Shown in pieces: positions 1 through 13,257 of a stretch of DNA of 64,000 bases (position 1 is the first letter of the stretch; each line of letters starts with the position of its first letter). Source of the DNA: Obrimoposthia wandeli (lineage: Eukaryota); the NCBI GenBank assembly GCA_977020255.1, contig CDROCS010001373.1, forward strand, positions 248,001 to 312,000, in the 5' to 3' direction. Under the pieces are notes generated by a model that made no database searches, was not told the DNA's origin, and saw only the letters and a program-made list of their open reading frames with translations. The translations under genes were made by a program, and so were the position numbers.

Positions 1-221
1 GAATTGTCATCAAATTGAAAGATTATGAAGACATCGATAAAGTTTAAATAAATAAAAGAAAAATATTTAATCAGTTCCATAATTGTTGTCTGGTAATGCG
101 GGACAGTTTAAGTTGGGTGAGGTCATTACCATATAACTTTTTGACGGGAATATATTTGAATATAAATTGCACGAGAAACATTTTTAATTATTGCGCACTA
201 ATGTGCAAAAAAAGGGTACAA

Positions 222-296
222 GGACTGGGGTTTGATACACGCGGAGACACTTCCAGCCGATCCTTAAGGTCCTGAACCACTTGGCCAACATAGCTC
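222..296 (-). pseudogene. Degenerate tRNA-like (Ser/Leu-type) sequence or tRNA-derived SINE head
   Basis: The minus strand reads GAGCTATGTTGGCCAAGTGGTTCAGG...CCGCGTGTATCAAACCCCAGTCC. It has an A-box match (TGGCCAAGTGG), a degenerate B box (GTATCAAACC) and a T7 run about 10 nt downstream. It resembles tRNA-Ser (TGGCCGAGTGGTTAAGG), but no intact cloverleaf or anticodon arm is evident. Confidence 0.4.
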
Positions 297-959
297 TTAA
301 TAATCAAATAATTTAGGTCATTAGGTATGTGATTAAATACATAAACAAATTCCTTACTCGCAAGACAACATAAAAGGTTTCTTTAAGCTTTAAGAAATAA
401 AAAATATATAAATATATAAGAGGAATTTGTTTGGGGGGGAAATAAGTTTTCGAAAAAATCTTGTAAAGAAGACTTTCTCTTGCTGAGCCCATGAACTAGA
501 AAGCATACTTTACACTACTTGTTAGGTTCAGAAGAGAAAGAGTTTCTGTGAACAGAAATTGAACTATGGGTTTCACTACTTGCAAGTCACGCATTCTATC
601 ACTGAATTATTGAAGCTCATAATCTCTTTCATCAACCCTATTAAGAATGTGATTGCTAACAATAAGAAAGAAAATCTAATTAAATGACCAACTAAAGCAA
701 TGCAAAGTTTTAAAACTAAAAAATGATTTAAAAACCAATTCAAGTTTTCTATTGTTATGTTTCGCGATGAAATTAGATTTTCCTACGTTAGTTCTTCCAT
801 TTTTTTGTTAAACTGGTCACCTAATAAGAAGAAAAGGTTTCAACAAGAGATCGTAGATGCTTTGATGGATGTGGAGTGTTGAATGTTTGGATGAATAAAT
901 TTAAATGTGAGGTAAATTTAAATGCTACAGGCGCTATCACCTCAACACCTGCCGCAGAT

Positions 960-1530
960 TATCAGTCGATATTGCCTCAGCACCATCTACAACAGCCACA
1001 GTACAACCAGTTGCCTCAACTTCGACAGTAGCATCAATAAATGTACTTTCTAATATACATAGTTGTCTTCCCATTCAATTAGGGGGAGGTTTGTCAGCGA
1101 AGGTAGGAAGAAAGAGGCGAAGCCAAATTATTAATAAAGCCACACTAAAAAATCGTAGGGAAAATGATGCTACTATAGAGTAGCACCTAAATAATAAATA
1201 CGTTATAGCTAAGGTGACATTAAGAAACATAGGTGTAGATTCAAATATTGAAAGTCTTTTAAAATCGGAAGTGACTAAATTAGGTCAGGCTAAGGTTCAA
1301 TTTTGCGCAACACTGCAGTTTAAAAATGTCAATGATGAATTTAAAATTTGGGTAATTTCACATAAAGCAACTGTTTTCTATGAATATTTAGCTACTGAGA
1401 TTGGAAGAAAATTTGTTTATATCAATCAGCTGATAAAAGTGAATTGATTCATTTGAAACCCCGAGCTGATAATATAGAATAAATTAATTTACATGAATAT
1501 TTGCATACTAACTCTAACTCATCATTCACT
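960..1530 (+). pseudogene. Disrupted coding relic, weakly resembling the N-terminal region of Polinton-type protein-primed DNA polymerases
   Basis: Reading through stops gives ...IQLGGGLSAKVGRKRR... LLKSEVTKLGQAKVQFCATLQFKNVNDEFKIWVISHKATVF... then IE*INLHEYLHT. The pattern similarity is by eye only, with stops and a frameshift. Confidence 0.2.
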
Positions 1531-3374
1531 AAGACTCAGGAAAATACAATCAAATTCTTCAATTCCATTTATTATATTAAACATATATACACCGGGAATA
1601 AAAATATGTATACATTAAAAATAGTATGAAGAATATTGAAATAAAATTTCCTCTGAGGATTTAACGCGATTTCAGGATAATTTAATTGTGTATTGTACAA
1701 AAAGGTTATATATACAGAGTTTATAAAACTATAAGCTATATTCAATCAATAGGTTTAGATTTTCATGGGAATTTTTTATGGCGAATTGTCATTTAATCTT
1801 TCGGGTATCGATATTAGTAAAGTAAATTCCGAAATGTATAGATTGAATAGAGGCACACAAAAACGTTTGTAACTCTAATGTTATTAAATGAAATTTGACA
1901 AAAAATTAATGATAAACTTTTATTTTAAGTTATTTCACTTTTTTTGTTAAAATCAACCATATGTGACAATTACTTTTTCAGTTTCATTTAATGTGATTTT
2001 AATATTAAGAAGAAGTGCAGCTCTTTTGTTTAAACGTATTACAAATGAAACTAATAATTAGTTAATAAATTTAAAATATTTATATATTTAAAAAAATATT
2101 AAAGAAATTCACCTTGTATAAAAAAGATAATTTTTTTTCTGCTTCGTACATTTTTTAATTGTTTATATTGTTTAAAATGCTTACATAAATTTTAAACTTT
2201 AATTAATTTTGATTTTTTAAAATTAAAATTTATTAATTAGTGATAACATATATAAAATTGTTGTAAAATAATATTTCGATATTATTTTTCATTAATAATT
2301 ATTACCTTAAAAATTATATTTTATACTTCGAAGAATAAATTCTACTTGCTTTAACAATTTTGCCCAGGAACATTTAAAATTTTTTTGGGTGGACAAAACT
2401 ATACTAATACCGATTAATACAAATACAAAATCTCAAGATCACATTTTTAAATACTGTGACTTTTATTAACTGTATAAATGTCATAAAATTTTAAAAAATC
2501 CAATTGAATAGGTGTCAAAATGAACAAAATATTTCAAGGTCATTGAAAAAATTACATTCAGAGTTAAACTTTTAAATATATATTAATCTGTAAATTGTAA
2601 GAAATTATGAAGAATGACATTTTTCTTTAGTTCTAAAACAATTTTTTGAAATTTTCATTATCTAAATTTTTGGAATTCTTTTATAAGCTTTTTAGAAATA
2701 GTATTTGATTTTAGTTTCTCTGAATCAAATAAATGTTTTTATTTCTATTTTTTTAAATATTATAACAAAAACAGAAAGATCACCCAAAATTACAAGTAAA
2801 ACATGATTTTTCATGATGATATCTTCTTTCTTCAGAGAAACAATAATAATTTTGTCTGAAAAAAAGTAGTTTTATTTAATATGGATGTAAAATAATTGTA
2901 AATAAAACAATATCAATAATATGTTTTATGTGCAAGGGAATAATCTCAAAATAAATCAATATTAAATAAAAGGTAAGTGAAGAGATAGGGAGTGTATGTG
3001 TTGTTTGTGTTTATTATTGTGAAATGGAAATGTATGTAAGTAATTTATTCATTAAAATAATTATTATGATAAAATGTTATTGATTTATTTTATTATTTTA
3101 ATTCGATGAGACAGTTGGCTACAACGTAACCAAAGTAAAAACTTTGATTTAAAATGTTTGTGGTTTTAATTTTTTTAAAAACATCAGAGCTTGAACATCT
3201 GTTTTATATTTTCATCTCTCATGGAAACTTCTAATTATACTTGCGAAACCCACGCCAAAATCAGATGGTTGCATAAGGAGATTAGATAACTTTGCAACTA
3301 GAGAAACAAGATTGATTTATATTTTAGATTGTCTAAGCTCTAATTCAGTTGTTAATTGAGATAAATGTAAATAT

Positions 3375-5430
3375 TTGGGCGAAGAATTTTATGTCACTTC
3401 TCTACATTACAAGATGGACACGGCTGATATGATGATCATGGAACGAGAAATGGCAATGGAACTTGTTTATGTAATACTGGACAGATGTATGGTCAATGCG
3501 AGTCCTGTGAATTCAAGTATGGTTCTTCAGAAACTGGATGTTCCTCTTGCTCGAAGTCTTGAAATGGTTGTAATGGCCGAACTACTGAAGACTGTTTGAA
3601 ATGTCTCTCTGGAGTTATGTCTCTCTTTGACTGGCGTTGTGAATAGAAAGGCGAAGAGTTGTGGTCTATACTGGATGGCGGATGAAGTCCTCCTCACTCA
3701 CTGCGGTGATAGCGAAGGATACAGCTTCAAAGATCCCAACTGTGATGTCTGGACTTACGAGGCCGACTAAGACACTGCCCGCGTGTTAACTCTCGGATCA
3801 GGTGGATGGGAAGGTAGCACCCGAGCAATTGTAAAGGCAATTCTGAGTCTCTCCTGCTTGTACCAGTATTGACAGGGATTTTATCATGCTGGGCTAAGAA
3901 TGGTTGAGCAACCCAAACTATTTCCTCTCACGGCTACGCCGGAGGCTATCGAGGTGGAGTTAACAGTTTGCAAATCTGGCGATGGCTCAGATAAGTCAGG
4001 CAGAATAGCTGCGAGATAAAGCAAGGTTGGGTTGCAAAAGACTGTAGGGAAGTTGGTGGAACCCTCTTTTTACTCTCATCAACAAAGAAGTGGTTTAAGC
4101 TAATTAATAAAGTTTAAAATTGCAGCCAGTGAACATTTGATGAGGGAATGTTTTAAGCGAAGGTGGAGGAGTACATTGGCATGTTGGAGTTGGTGTAGAG
4201 ATTTGGCGATGTGATAGCCACACGCAGATTTATAGGTGAATTGGAAGAGATAGGAAGAGGTATTGCGAATTAGAAGAAATTGCGGCTCACATATTACGAA
4301 GGAACGAACAACGAGAGTAGGAAGTAGCCGAAGCAGTATTTCTGATTAGACGGAAATAAAAGAACAAGAATTAAGAGAGAATATGTGAAGGTACTCTAGT
4401 GAACGCATGGTCTAGAGTTTTCGATTTGATTGCGTATGGAGATGAAAAAGGTTAGGTTTGAAGGAAACGGGAGGCGGCTGAAAAGGCTGACTATTACCGT
4501 TTTTGAAGACAATGCGAAGGAGCATAAATGTGGCTTTCAATTTTTGATGTCTGTATAAGCGATAACATAGAGAAACTGCCCCACTAAAGAAACCCTAAAA
4601 TTAGTGGTTAACGTCGGTGAAATTTCAGAGGCATATAATGCAAGATTGGCGAGGCGGGAAGGTCAATACAGAGGAAACGAGAGTAGTTATAAAGGTATTG
4701 TTGAGGCTAACGTGATGTAGCCGTTCGTTGATTTCCTAAAATGGTGATCATAAGATTATAGAATTTTGTACAAAATGGAAATATTAACGTATGTGTTTAT
4801 AATAGCCATCAAAGATTGGAATCGTTAGCTGAGAAATGTGGAATGCGTGTATAGAAGGATCACAAGGTCTGGTAAAGTTGCTGATGTGAACTCCAGAAGA
4901 AGTGCAATATCTACAGAACTTGTAAGGAGTGTTGAGACTCTTCATTAAAGTAGATCGGAGGACGTTATTAGTAAGCAAGAAGGAAATTATACAGGTGTAT
5001 GTGGTTTGTCTGAAGTGGGAAAAAATCACTACTTCGACTAATATTTTGTTTTCTGCGCGATATCTGCCGAAGAAATATAAATGATCATCAATTAATTAAT
5101 GTTGTGTAGTAATTGTTTTAGAAAGAGTCATTTTGACAACTTGTAGACTAGATCAGCAAGTGCGTATATTTTGGGAAATTGATTAGCTGATTCCACATGA
5201 AAGGCAAAGTTGTAGAACAAAAGTTGATGGAGTGAGCCCTTGAGACGGTAAAAAAGATGTATAAGCTGTATATGAAGGGCAGCGGAAGGGCCATGTGCCC
5301 GGGCGTTCCTCAATGTGTTTGACAAAACCCTTTTCCGATAAGTGGTTCGTGCTATGTTTGTTTTTCGTTTCTCATCCATAACTGCTAAATACCTATATAA
5401 ACTTAGAAATTCAGAATTAAACAATCAAAT
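3375..5430 (-). mobile_element. Degraded GC-elevated interspersed element, possibly the N-terminal region of a Penelope-like element
   Basis: The segment is clearly more GC-rich than its flanks. Minus-strand fragments (RHQKLKATFMLLRIVFKNG; RKRVLSNTLRNARAH...LFYRLKGSLHQLLFYNF) loosely resemble PLE N-termini. No RT or endonuclease motif was found. Confidence 0.2.
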
Positions 5431-5653
5431 TATTTATGTTTAAATGCTCTCAATATTCACAATTTCAAATTAAAATGATTTAAAAATAAAATGAATAATA
5501 TTGATGCTTTTGAATTATTTTGAAGCTTAAATTAATATTTGTAAAGTTAATTTTTTCAAGAATTTTTTTAATTGTTAAATTTTTTTAAAAATAGTTTAGT
5601 TTTTGTTCAACTCAAAATTATATTTAACCTATTTATATTCACATTGTTAAATA

Positions 5654-6601
5654 CAGTCAAATCTCTTTTTAACGAACAGTTGGGTCGATTGACATTTTTA
5701 TGATCATTTTTCAACATTTATTGAACAAAAATAACAATATGGACACAATTTTTTTTATTACAATCGTGTAATCATGCTTTTAATTTATTTGCCCAACAAT
5801 TAAATATAGTCTTTTCCCTTTCTTCTAACCAGGACTGACGCAGTATGAGATATACTTTAAAAATATATGGCTTCTTAAAGATTGACAAAATAATTTTCAC
5901 TGAAGAGTGATTTGATGTTCGAATTGTATCGCTATTTTAAACAATTTAACTATTAATTTGAAGTGGTAAAAGTTTCAATGTTGAAGATAAAAGCAAAATT
6001 TTAGCCCTAATTTTCAAGTTTTTTTAGGAGGTAAATTTTTTTAACGTTTGAGAAGAAACCATTGGAATGAAGGTTTATAAAAATCACGGATCAATCTCAA
6101 TGTGCTTTGCAGTTCTCTTATTTATTGTTTTTGATAACATCAGGTCTTTGAAGGATATCAATCACTGTACCAAGTGAGATTTCTAACCTTCTAACAATAT
6201 ATCTTTACTGATAGTTTCTATTCTTTTTTGCAAATTTGTTAATTAAATCAGACGATATCGTTTACTCGAGTTGTTGTTTCTTCCTTTGTACATTATTTAG
6301 AGGGTAAAAATGATTAAATATATATTTATCATTTATAATAATTACCGTTTTTAGGAGAAAATATAAAAATATAAAATTAAAATTGCTGCGTATGACTTCA
6401 TGATTAAGCAAAAATTTTGTTCGTTGTTTTTTATTTAAAATAAAGATGAACCGCATCTAAAACGGACGAGGGTGGAAATGAAGAAACTTAATAAACATGG
6501 GTTGCACTGATTGTTACTGAATTATACAAACAAAAAACATTGTATAGTTTTTAAAGTTTATGTTTGTTTAAAAAAGTTTCGTTATCGTGGGGGTTTGACT
6601 G
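5654..6601. mobile_element. Non-autonomous pogo/Tigger-like (Tc1/mariner superfamily) DNA transposon, 948 bp
   Basis: Imperfect TIRs: left CAGTCAAATCTCTTTTTAACGAAC, right reverse complement CAGTCAAACCCCCACGATAACGAAAC. Both ends are flanked by TA (5652-5653 and 6602-6603). The interior has only decayed coding traces. Confidence 0.6.
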
Positions 6602-7729
6602 TAACTTAAATTAGAGAATACATTGAAATATTACAAACTTAAAACAGCACTTTAAACACTTCTTATCACTTCTTGTCAATGTTATAGTATTAACCTGTAG
6701 AATTGAAATGATTTTTGTTAATGATACCGATTGGGATTATAGCCTAAGCAAACTGTAAATGTGTAATGAACTATATTGAAGATATTTTTAAATTCAAAAA
6801 TTTATTAATTTATTATGATAATTTGTTATGAATATCAGTTTTTTTAATGAGTGTGTGCCTAGCATACAACGAATAATTCACTGATCTTTATGAACAATTG
6901 TTTTCTATGAAATAAATAATCCATTATATCCATGGGAATGTAAAATTAATATTTCTTTACTTCTGTAACGATCCAAAATTAGAGTTATTCTGAATGGCAG
7001 TGTTTACAAAGAGCTGTTGTAAATAGTCTCCTAATTGGTACTTGGTCTAGAGTCAATAATTGCAAGTTTGTGCAAATGGTTTTTAGGGAAAGTCGAAAAT
7101 AAATATTTGTCACTACAATATCCTGAATCTTCGAATTTAAAACGTCTTACTCGAATTACTTAAGTGTTCAGTAAATACAAGTTGAGTTAGAATGGATATT
7201 TTGAGGTCGTTTATCTGTTTGATATTGAAAATATATTCTGAGCATGTTTTCGTTTCATTTACGTGTGTAAACAAAGTTGTTTGATCTTCAATGTAGACAT
7301 TTTTGCAGACATATTTTTTATGGATTTTATCGATAGGAAAGTTTGTCTGTGATGTAAATAACAATTGAATTTATGTTACCAAATATTTCAAATGATTTAC
7401 TGAATAATTAATTTTGTTCATACCACAAAGATTTTCTGTAATACGCTAATTACCGGCCGTACCTGATAAATATGACTTTCTTCGAGGATTGTGAGATGGT
7501 AGAAAATGAGAAGAAAAAAGTGTATTAGATTTTGATTCTCTTTCTAATAAGCTATCTGTTGACTGAATCTCTTTTTTTAAAAAGCATGCTAGACAATTTT
7601 GTAGTAGTCCATAACTGTCTAAATCAAGTTCAGTCCATCATATCTTATTCGAAGACCTGACATTTCACGACCAATTTGATGCCTACAATCAAAAGATTGT
7701 ATCGAAATAAAATGTCATATTTCCAACCC

Positions 7730-8030
7730 CTACACTACACTGTTGTAAGAAATTACCCGGATGCCAGACTTGGATTATTTCTTTAGCTTTAATTAGTCGC
7801 TGAGGTTCCATTGAACAACCTCCTATAAGTTCTAACTTATTTTTCTGGAGTTATTTAAAATATAACATTGACGAAATTCTGTGACCACGAGTATTTCAGA
7901 AATTGCGAGAAAATATATGCCAGACAATTCCAGTTGATTTGTACTCAAAGGTTTGTCAATCTGAGGGGAAAACGCTGTCTTGACTCGGTGGCCCTCATTG
8001 ACCATGTACATATAGCCCAGACATATACGT
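7730..8030 (+). pseudogene. Tc1/mariner transposase C-terminal remnant
   Basis: Translation with stops and shifts gives GSIEQPPISSNLFFWSYLKYNIDEIL*PRVFQKLRENICQTIPVDLYSKVCQS...KRCLDSVALIDHV. This parallels the WPPRSPDL-P-DFFLWGYLK...R...C....G-HFEH motif. Confidence 0.5.
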
Positions 8031-9206
8031 ATGGAATTAAAATCACTATAATAGCCAATTAGCTAAATAGCTTTACACATGCCGAACACACAAACATGAT
8101 TGTACAGTGCAATCACACACGTTGACCTCTCATTGGCCCATTCAAAATTTAATTACTGTTATTCAGCATTAATATTTACTATCGGCAATGTCTATTTTGT
8201 ACACATGCTTTCGTGCTTTGTTTATTGACTGATAAACTTACACACTACATAAAGTAATTTTTCAAATAATCTTTCACAAAAATAAAATCATCTAAGCAAA
8301 TAGATGAATATTTAAATGCCCCCTATTTTGTCATTCATCACGACTATAAATAAACCCAATTTTTAATTGAATAGTTTTATTAATTGTGTCAATCGTGTTA
8401 GACTATTTTGTACGAATTATCTTCCTCATCTTTGGAGAACTCGTTTGGAGATACAAAGCCCACGTGTAAACATAAGTTGCGATAAATACTCCTTCCTCTT
8501 CATCATTTCTGTCTTACACAGATTCTTCTTCGCTCCAACATATTGAAAGTATTGCTGTTTCTCTATGAACCTTTTGCAAGAAACTCAATGTACTATATTC
8601 GAACAAATTAATATTTTATGAAGGTAAAGTGAAAAATTAATTTAATTGCCAGAATTTTTAAATTAATACATAATATAAACAACGATGTATAGGCTTTTAG
8701 TACATTTATTTTCCAAAACCAAACAACTATTCTAAACTTGGAATCCTGAGCCTACTTACATTCTTCAATGTGTCAATTACTGAAAATTATCAACGGTATT
8801 TAATGGTCATTTTAAAATGTATGTTAAAAGATTCGATAAATGACTCCATGGATGGTAATTATCGTTCCGTTGGTTCAGCCATGATCTAAATATCTAAATC
8901 CCAGCACAATATTAACACACCAATTTTGAAAATGCATCTTCGATAATATGACATTTGAATAGCTCATGAAACTAATGAGGTATTTATTGAGTAGTTATAG
9001 TGGGCCTATGCCCTGGTAGGTAGAGGTGAGTATTGTTAATGCCAATGTTTGTAAATTAATTGTTTATTAAATTCGGGTTCGTGAAACCCCTGATTTGTCT
9101 ACGGAACCCACCTTGGGAACCCCTGATCCAAACTTACAACCACATTATATGAGAAAAAAAAAGGTCAAATCTCTATCTGAGTGTGGCCCTGAAACGTCTT
9201 GTGTAG

Positions 9207-9488
9207 ATTCAAGAAGAACAATCAGCTGCTACAGAAGCTATTGTGCGGTCTGGGTCCAAGCACTGAGCTGACAGCTCTGTTCGTGTTTGTACGGCTTCTC
9301 TTCATGGGGAACGCGATCGGCCAGCTGTACTTGATGCGCGATTTCCTCGGCACCAACCACACCACATTCGGAGTCATGATCTTCCAGGACATCATCGCCG
9401 GCCTCAATTGGAAGTCAACCGGACATTTCCCGCGTGTCACATACTGCTCTGTGGAGATACGCAAGATGGGGCAATCCAAGCCGTCAGT
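9207..9488 (+). CDS. inx: Innexin, internal exon (TM3 and second extracellular loop); upstream exons lie outside the window
   Basis: Encodes ...LTALFVFVRLLFMGNAIGQLYLMRDFLG...WKSTGHFPRVTYCSVEIRKMGQSKPS, with the innexin FPRVT-C motif. Acceptor TGTGTAG ends at 9206, donor GTAAGT starts at 9489, both phase 2. Codons are GC-rich. Confidence 0.95.
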
Positions 9489-12400
9489 GTAAGTGCGATG
9501 TGTCAATACATGGCTAAATTAGAACTGAATATCCACATCGAAGTTGTTCATTTTTCCTTTTAAAAACCAGCAGCATTGAGTAGTAGATTTGGTAATCAAC
9601 GTTAGGATTGAGGAAGCGGGAACACACCACCGAACACCATCACCTCAAGATACCGACCATACCTAACTGTTAATTGCTGTCGACTACAATGGAATACACA
9701 TGATTCATGCAAACTATCAAATAAATGTGTCTGTAGAGAACACGCGCAGTCGAGAATGAGTAATATTTTGTGAGTGCATTGTTTATGTTATTTATGTTAT
9801 TTTGTGTGAGCCATCGGCACATTCCATTAAAAATTATCATAACAAATAAAACGTCTTTTTGTTTAATTGAATTTCAGAATTCCGAATGAAATTTTCAATT
9901 TTCAATTCTAACAAGAGTAGAATATCAATTTAGGCATCAGAAACCTATTTCTTTACTATATCAAAATTATGAAAAAATTACTGACATCAAATAATTATAG
10001 TATGAAGTTCTTGTTACTCTTTATAGAAAAGTAAAACATGAAAGTCGAGATGACTGTTTATCCAAAATGTGGGAAAACGTTTGGAGATTCCATCCAGATG
10101 TATTCGATGTGTCGTAGTTTCAATATTCGCATGTTCCGTTTACAACTGACCATCTAATTTCATTTGGAAAAGTTTATTATAATTTATTTTAGTCAGAAGT
10201 TAATACAAAATAAGTTATTTATTATATACTTTTGTTATTTATTTCATAAAAACTCTAAATGGAATTTCTTATGTCCGATAAATTTTAAATAAATCTTTAT
10301 TGATCATAAATTAACAGAAAATATTATTAATTCAGTTTTTTAAAATGTTACTTGGTCAATGAAAATCTTTCTATACTGCTCTAAACATTGGATTTAAAAA
10401 ATTCAGAATAGCAATTCTGCTTATATGAGTTGTATATTTATACAAAAGGGTCGCGAAATATTTTTAAACGTAAATTATTTAAAACTATCACGAAGAATAG
10501 AAATAAAATCATTCGTTAATAAGCCTGAACTAACCCAATTAGTTAACGCTATCAAAACACCGTAGCTGCTATTTAACATGTGTCTACACAAAATTGGGTA
10601 TATTCTCTTTGGATTGCCTTAATTGTTGGACGCTTCTAACAACTTCAAGGAATAACTGATACAACAGAATCCAGAAGACGACAACTAACTCTAATAATGA
10701 GGCTGGGATCGCGTTTTCTAACTTATCAGAATGATTCACAACGAGATTTCTATCAGTATCAATGTCAGCAGCAGATATATCTAGAATGGAATGGAATTCA
10801 AAAGTCAATTAATGTCATCATTAAGATCGGTCATTGTTTCCTGTCTGTCCTTTATTTCGTCATTATTGAAAGTGAAAATGTTTTATTCAATAATTGTAAG
10901 CAATAATTGACAAAGTTTCGGTCTTCATTTAACATTGAATATAAATAGTTATTTTTTTATTTCTAAATATCGCTATATTTTACATTTTTCAATTGTTTAA
11001 TTTTATCATTTAAAGAATAAGGAAATAGCCCTGAACATTTAAAAACATTTTTGATTAAACACACTTTCAAATTATTTTTTGATATTTAATTTACTACAAA
11101 CCGTTTTATTTATTTCATTTCATTTGATATTGTAAAAAATCGTTTTAGAAAAATGGTATATGGTATTTAAAAAATATTAAAATACTTACTTAAAGATTTA
11201 AGTAGAGTCAATTATTCTTTTTTGGAATTATCTCAAAGGTAAAGTTTTTTTTTATTTTTAATTTAACTAATTTAATTCTTTATGCCGTATGATTACCTAT
11301 ATTTCTTTCAGACCTCTAAAATACTTATGGAAATGCATCGTCTGTAAAAAAGTGGAAGCAAGCAACATAAAATGAAAGTCAGTCTGGTACTGATTGTGAT
11401 AATTTAATTCTTTTTTCCAAATTGAATTTTGACTAATCTGCATATCTATTTTGCTGTATGATTACTTTGTTGACTTAGCAAAACTGTTCATAGAATTTTT
11501 TTAAATAGCTGACATAAAAATATATTTATATTTAAGAAATATCGGTTTTAACAATACCAATAATATATTTAATTTACCGCTTTATCTAATAAATCTATGC
11601 TTTATTACTCAAGATAATTTTCCGTTTTCTAAGGTAAATAATATCCTTCGCAATATTTACAGAAAATAGTCTTGTGCTGCCTGAAATTTTGAATATTGTT
11701 ACAGTTTTTTATATTCATCGGTAAAGTGTTGTAAAGATGCTCAGCACATATTTAAAATATTCCATCACTGTTATTTGAGAATTTCATAACCAATCGGCAG
11801 TTATGATGGTGGTTAATTTAGGATTCACTTCAAATTTTATAATAAACAAAATACTTACCTTAGCAGCTAATCAAACAGAAAGACTCACAATAGTCTATAG
11901 AAATGCTTTTAAAATACAAATACACTAGAATGGGGGGAATAAAATGTTTTCAAATTTATACTAGAAGTAGATATACGTTTGAGATACGAAAATAATTTCG
12001 GATTCTTATTTCAAAATAAATTATATAATAAATACAGATATGGAATAATTCAGCATCAACTATTAATTTTCATTATAGCGATTCAAGACTTTACTGGAAT
12101 ATTTTATCATGTAACTTACACAGTGTAGCTTAATTTTAGGTAAAATTCATTCAGAACAATGGGTCTTATGAATTATTTAGAAATAAGTATTAGGATTGTG
12201 CGATAGCGGAAAGTATTAAAGTGTGTTCATTTAGCATAAAAATTCATTACTTTTGCTATTTCGTGAGCAATAAAATTATAAATTTCTCTATATTTGGAAT
12301 GATATAATGTTTAGTTAGCATTTTTGTTTGTTATTACCTTTTATTTCTATGCTTATACTACAGAATGGCAGCTTACTGCTTAAACTAACAACGGATGATG

Positions 12401-12569
12401 TAACGCGTCTTCAGAGTGCTACATGAATTTATTCTCTATAACAAAATTACAACTAATATACTAGTCTGTGGGGTCAACCTTGGGAAATTTGTATGACTTT
12501 TGGAGTTCAAAAAAGGCCTTCATTAGCCAATCATTTCATAATTGAGTCAGCTTTCCATCACCACCTAGT

Positions 12570-12591
12570 CACACACACACACACACACACA
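12570..12591. repeat. (CA)11 microsatellite
   Basis: Direct reading of the sequence. Confidence 0.95.
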
Positions 12592-13257
12592 GTAACATGG
12601 ATATTTGTATCGCCTCCATTCATAGTCGGTAGCCTGTCAACTGCCAGTACCGCTGCTGTCATAGTCCAGAACTAGGTAGTGCTGTCAGCACTCTCTCATC
12701 CAGTCCCAGATTAGCTGCACACTCAAGGTCAAATTCCCACGTGAAATGTGCGGAAACTAAATGATTAAAGTACTTAGTTTGCAACTGCCCTATTGTTGGG
12801 GTTTCTATATGAAACTGATAGATCCTCTTTAGTGGAGGGCCCCAACGTGAGTTCTATAGAAGCAGGACTTAAGGATGGTTGTGGCCTACTTAATGTTATG
12901 CTTGCCTGTCTCAATTCTTGTCCGAAGGTTTGTTTTTTGATGTCTCTTAGTCTGAAGGGTTTAGAACAATGCTTCTAATGTAGGAAAACGTTTATTGTTA
13001 ACACACTAGACTTTAAACAAAACAATACGTTTACGTACGTATTTTCTAAAAAGTTGTAGTAAAAATCCTAGGACTTCTGAAAGTCTCTACACCAGTGGGG
13101 ATGAACCACGTATCGATTTTAAACTAGGGTTGTTGTTTGTTGGAGTCTTACTCTAGATCTAGAACTTACTTTGTGATTCAAAATTACGTTATTAAATTCC
13201 TTTCAAGTTGTAACTTAGGATTTAATTTATATGTTATCAAATTTCTCTAATTCACTA

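Noticed and set aside
9070-9127. hAT-MITE-like end (...GGAACCCACCTTGGGAACCCCTG)
   Set aside because: No matching left TIR or 8-bp TSD was found, so it is too fragmentary to call.
10640-10810. Possible hAT dimerisation-domain remnant (TTNSNNEAGIAFS)
   Set aside because: The similarity is too weak to separate from chance.
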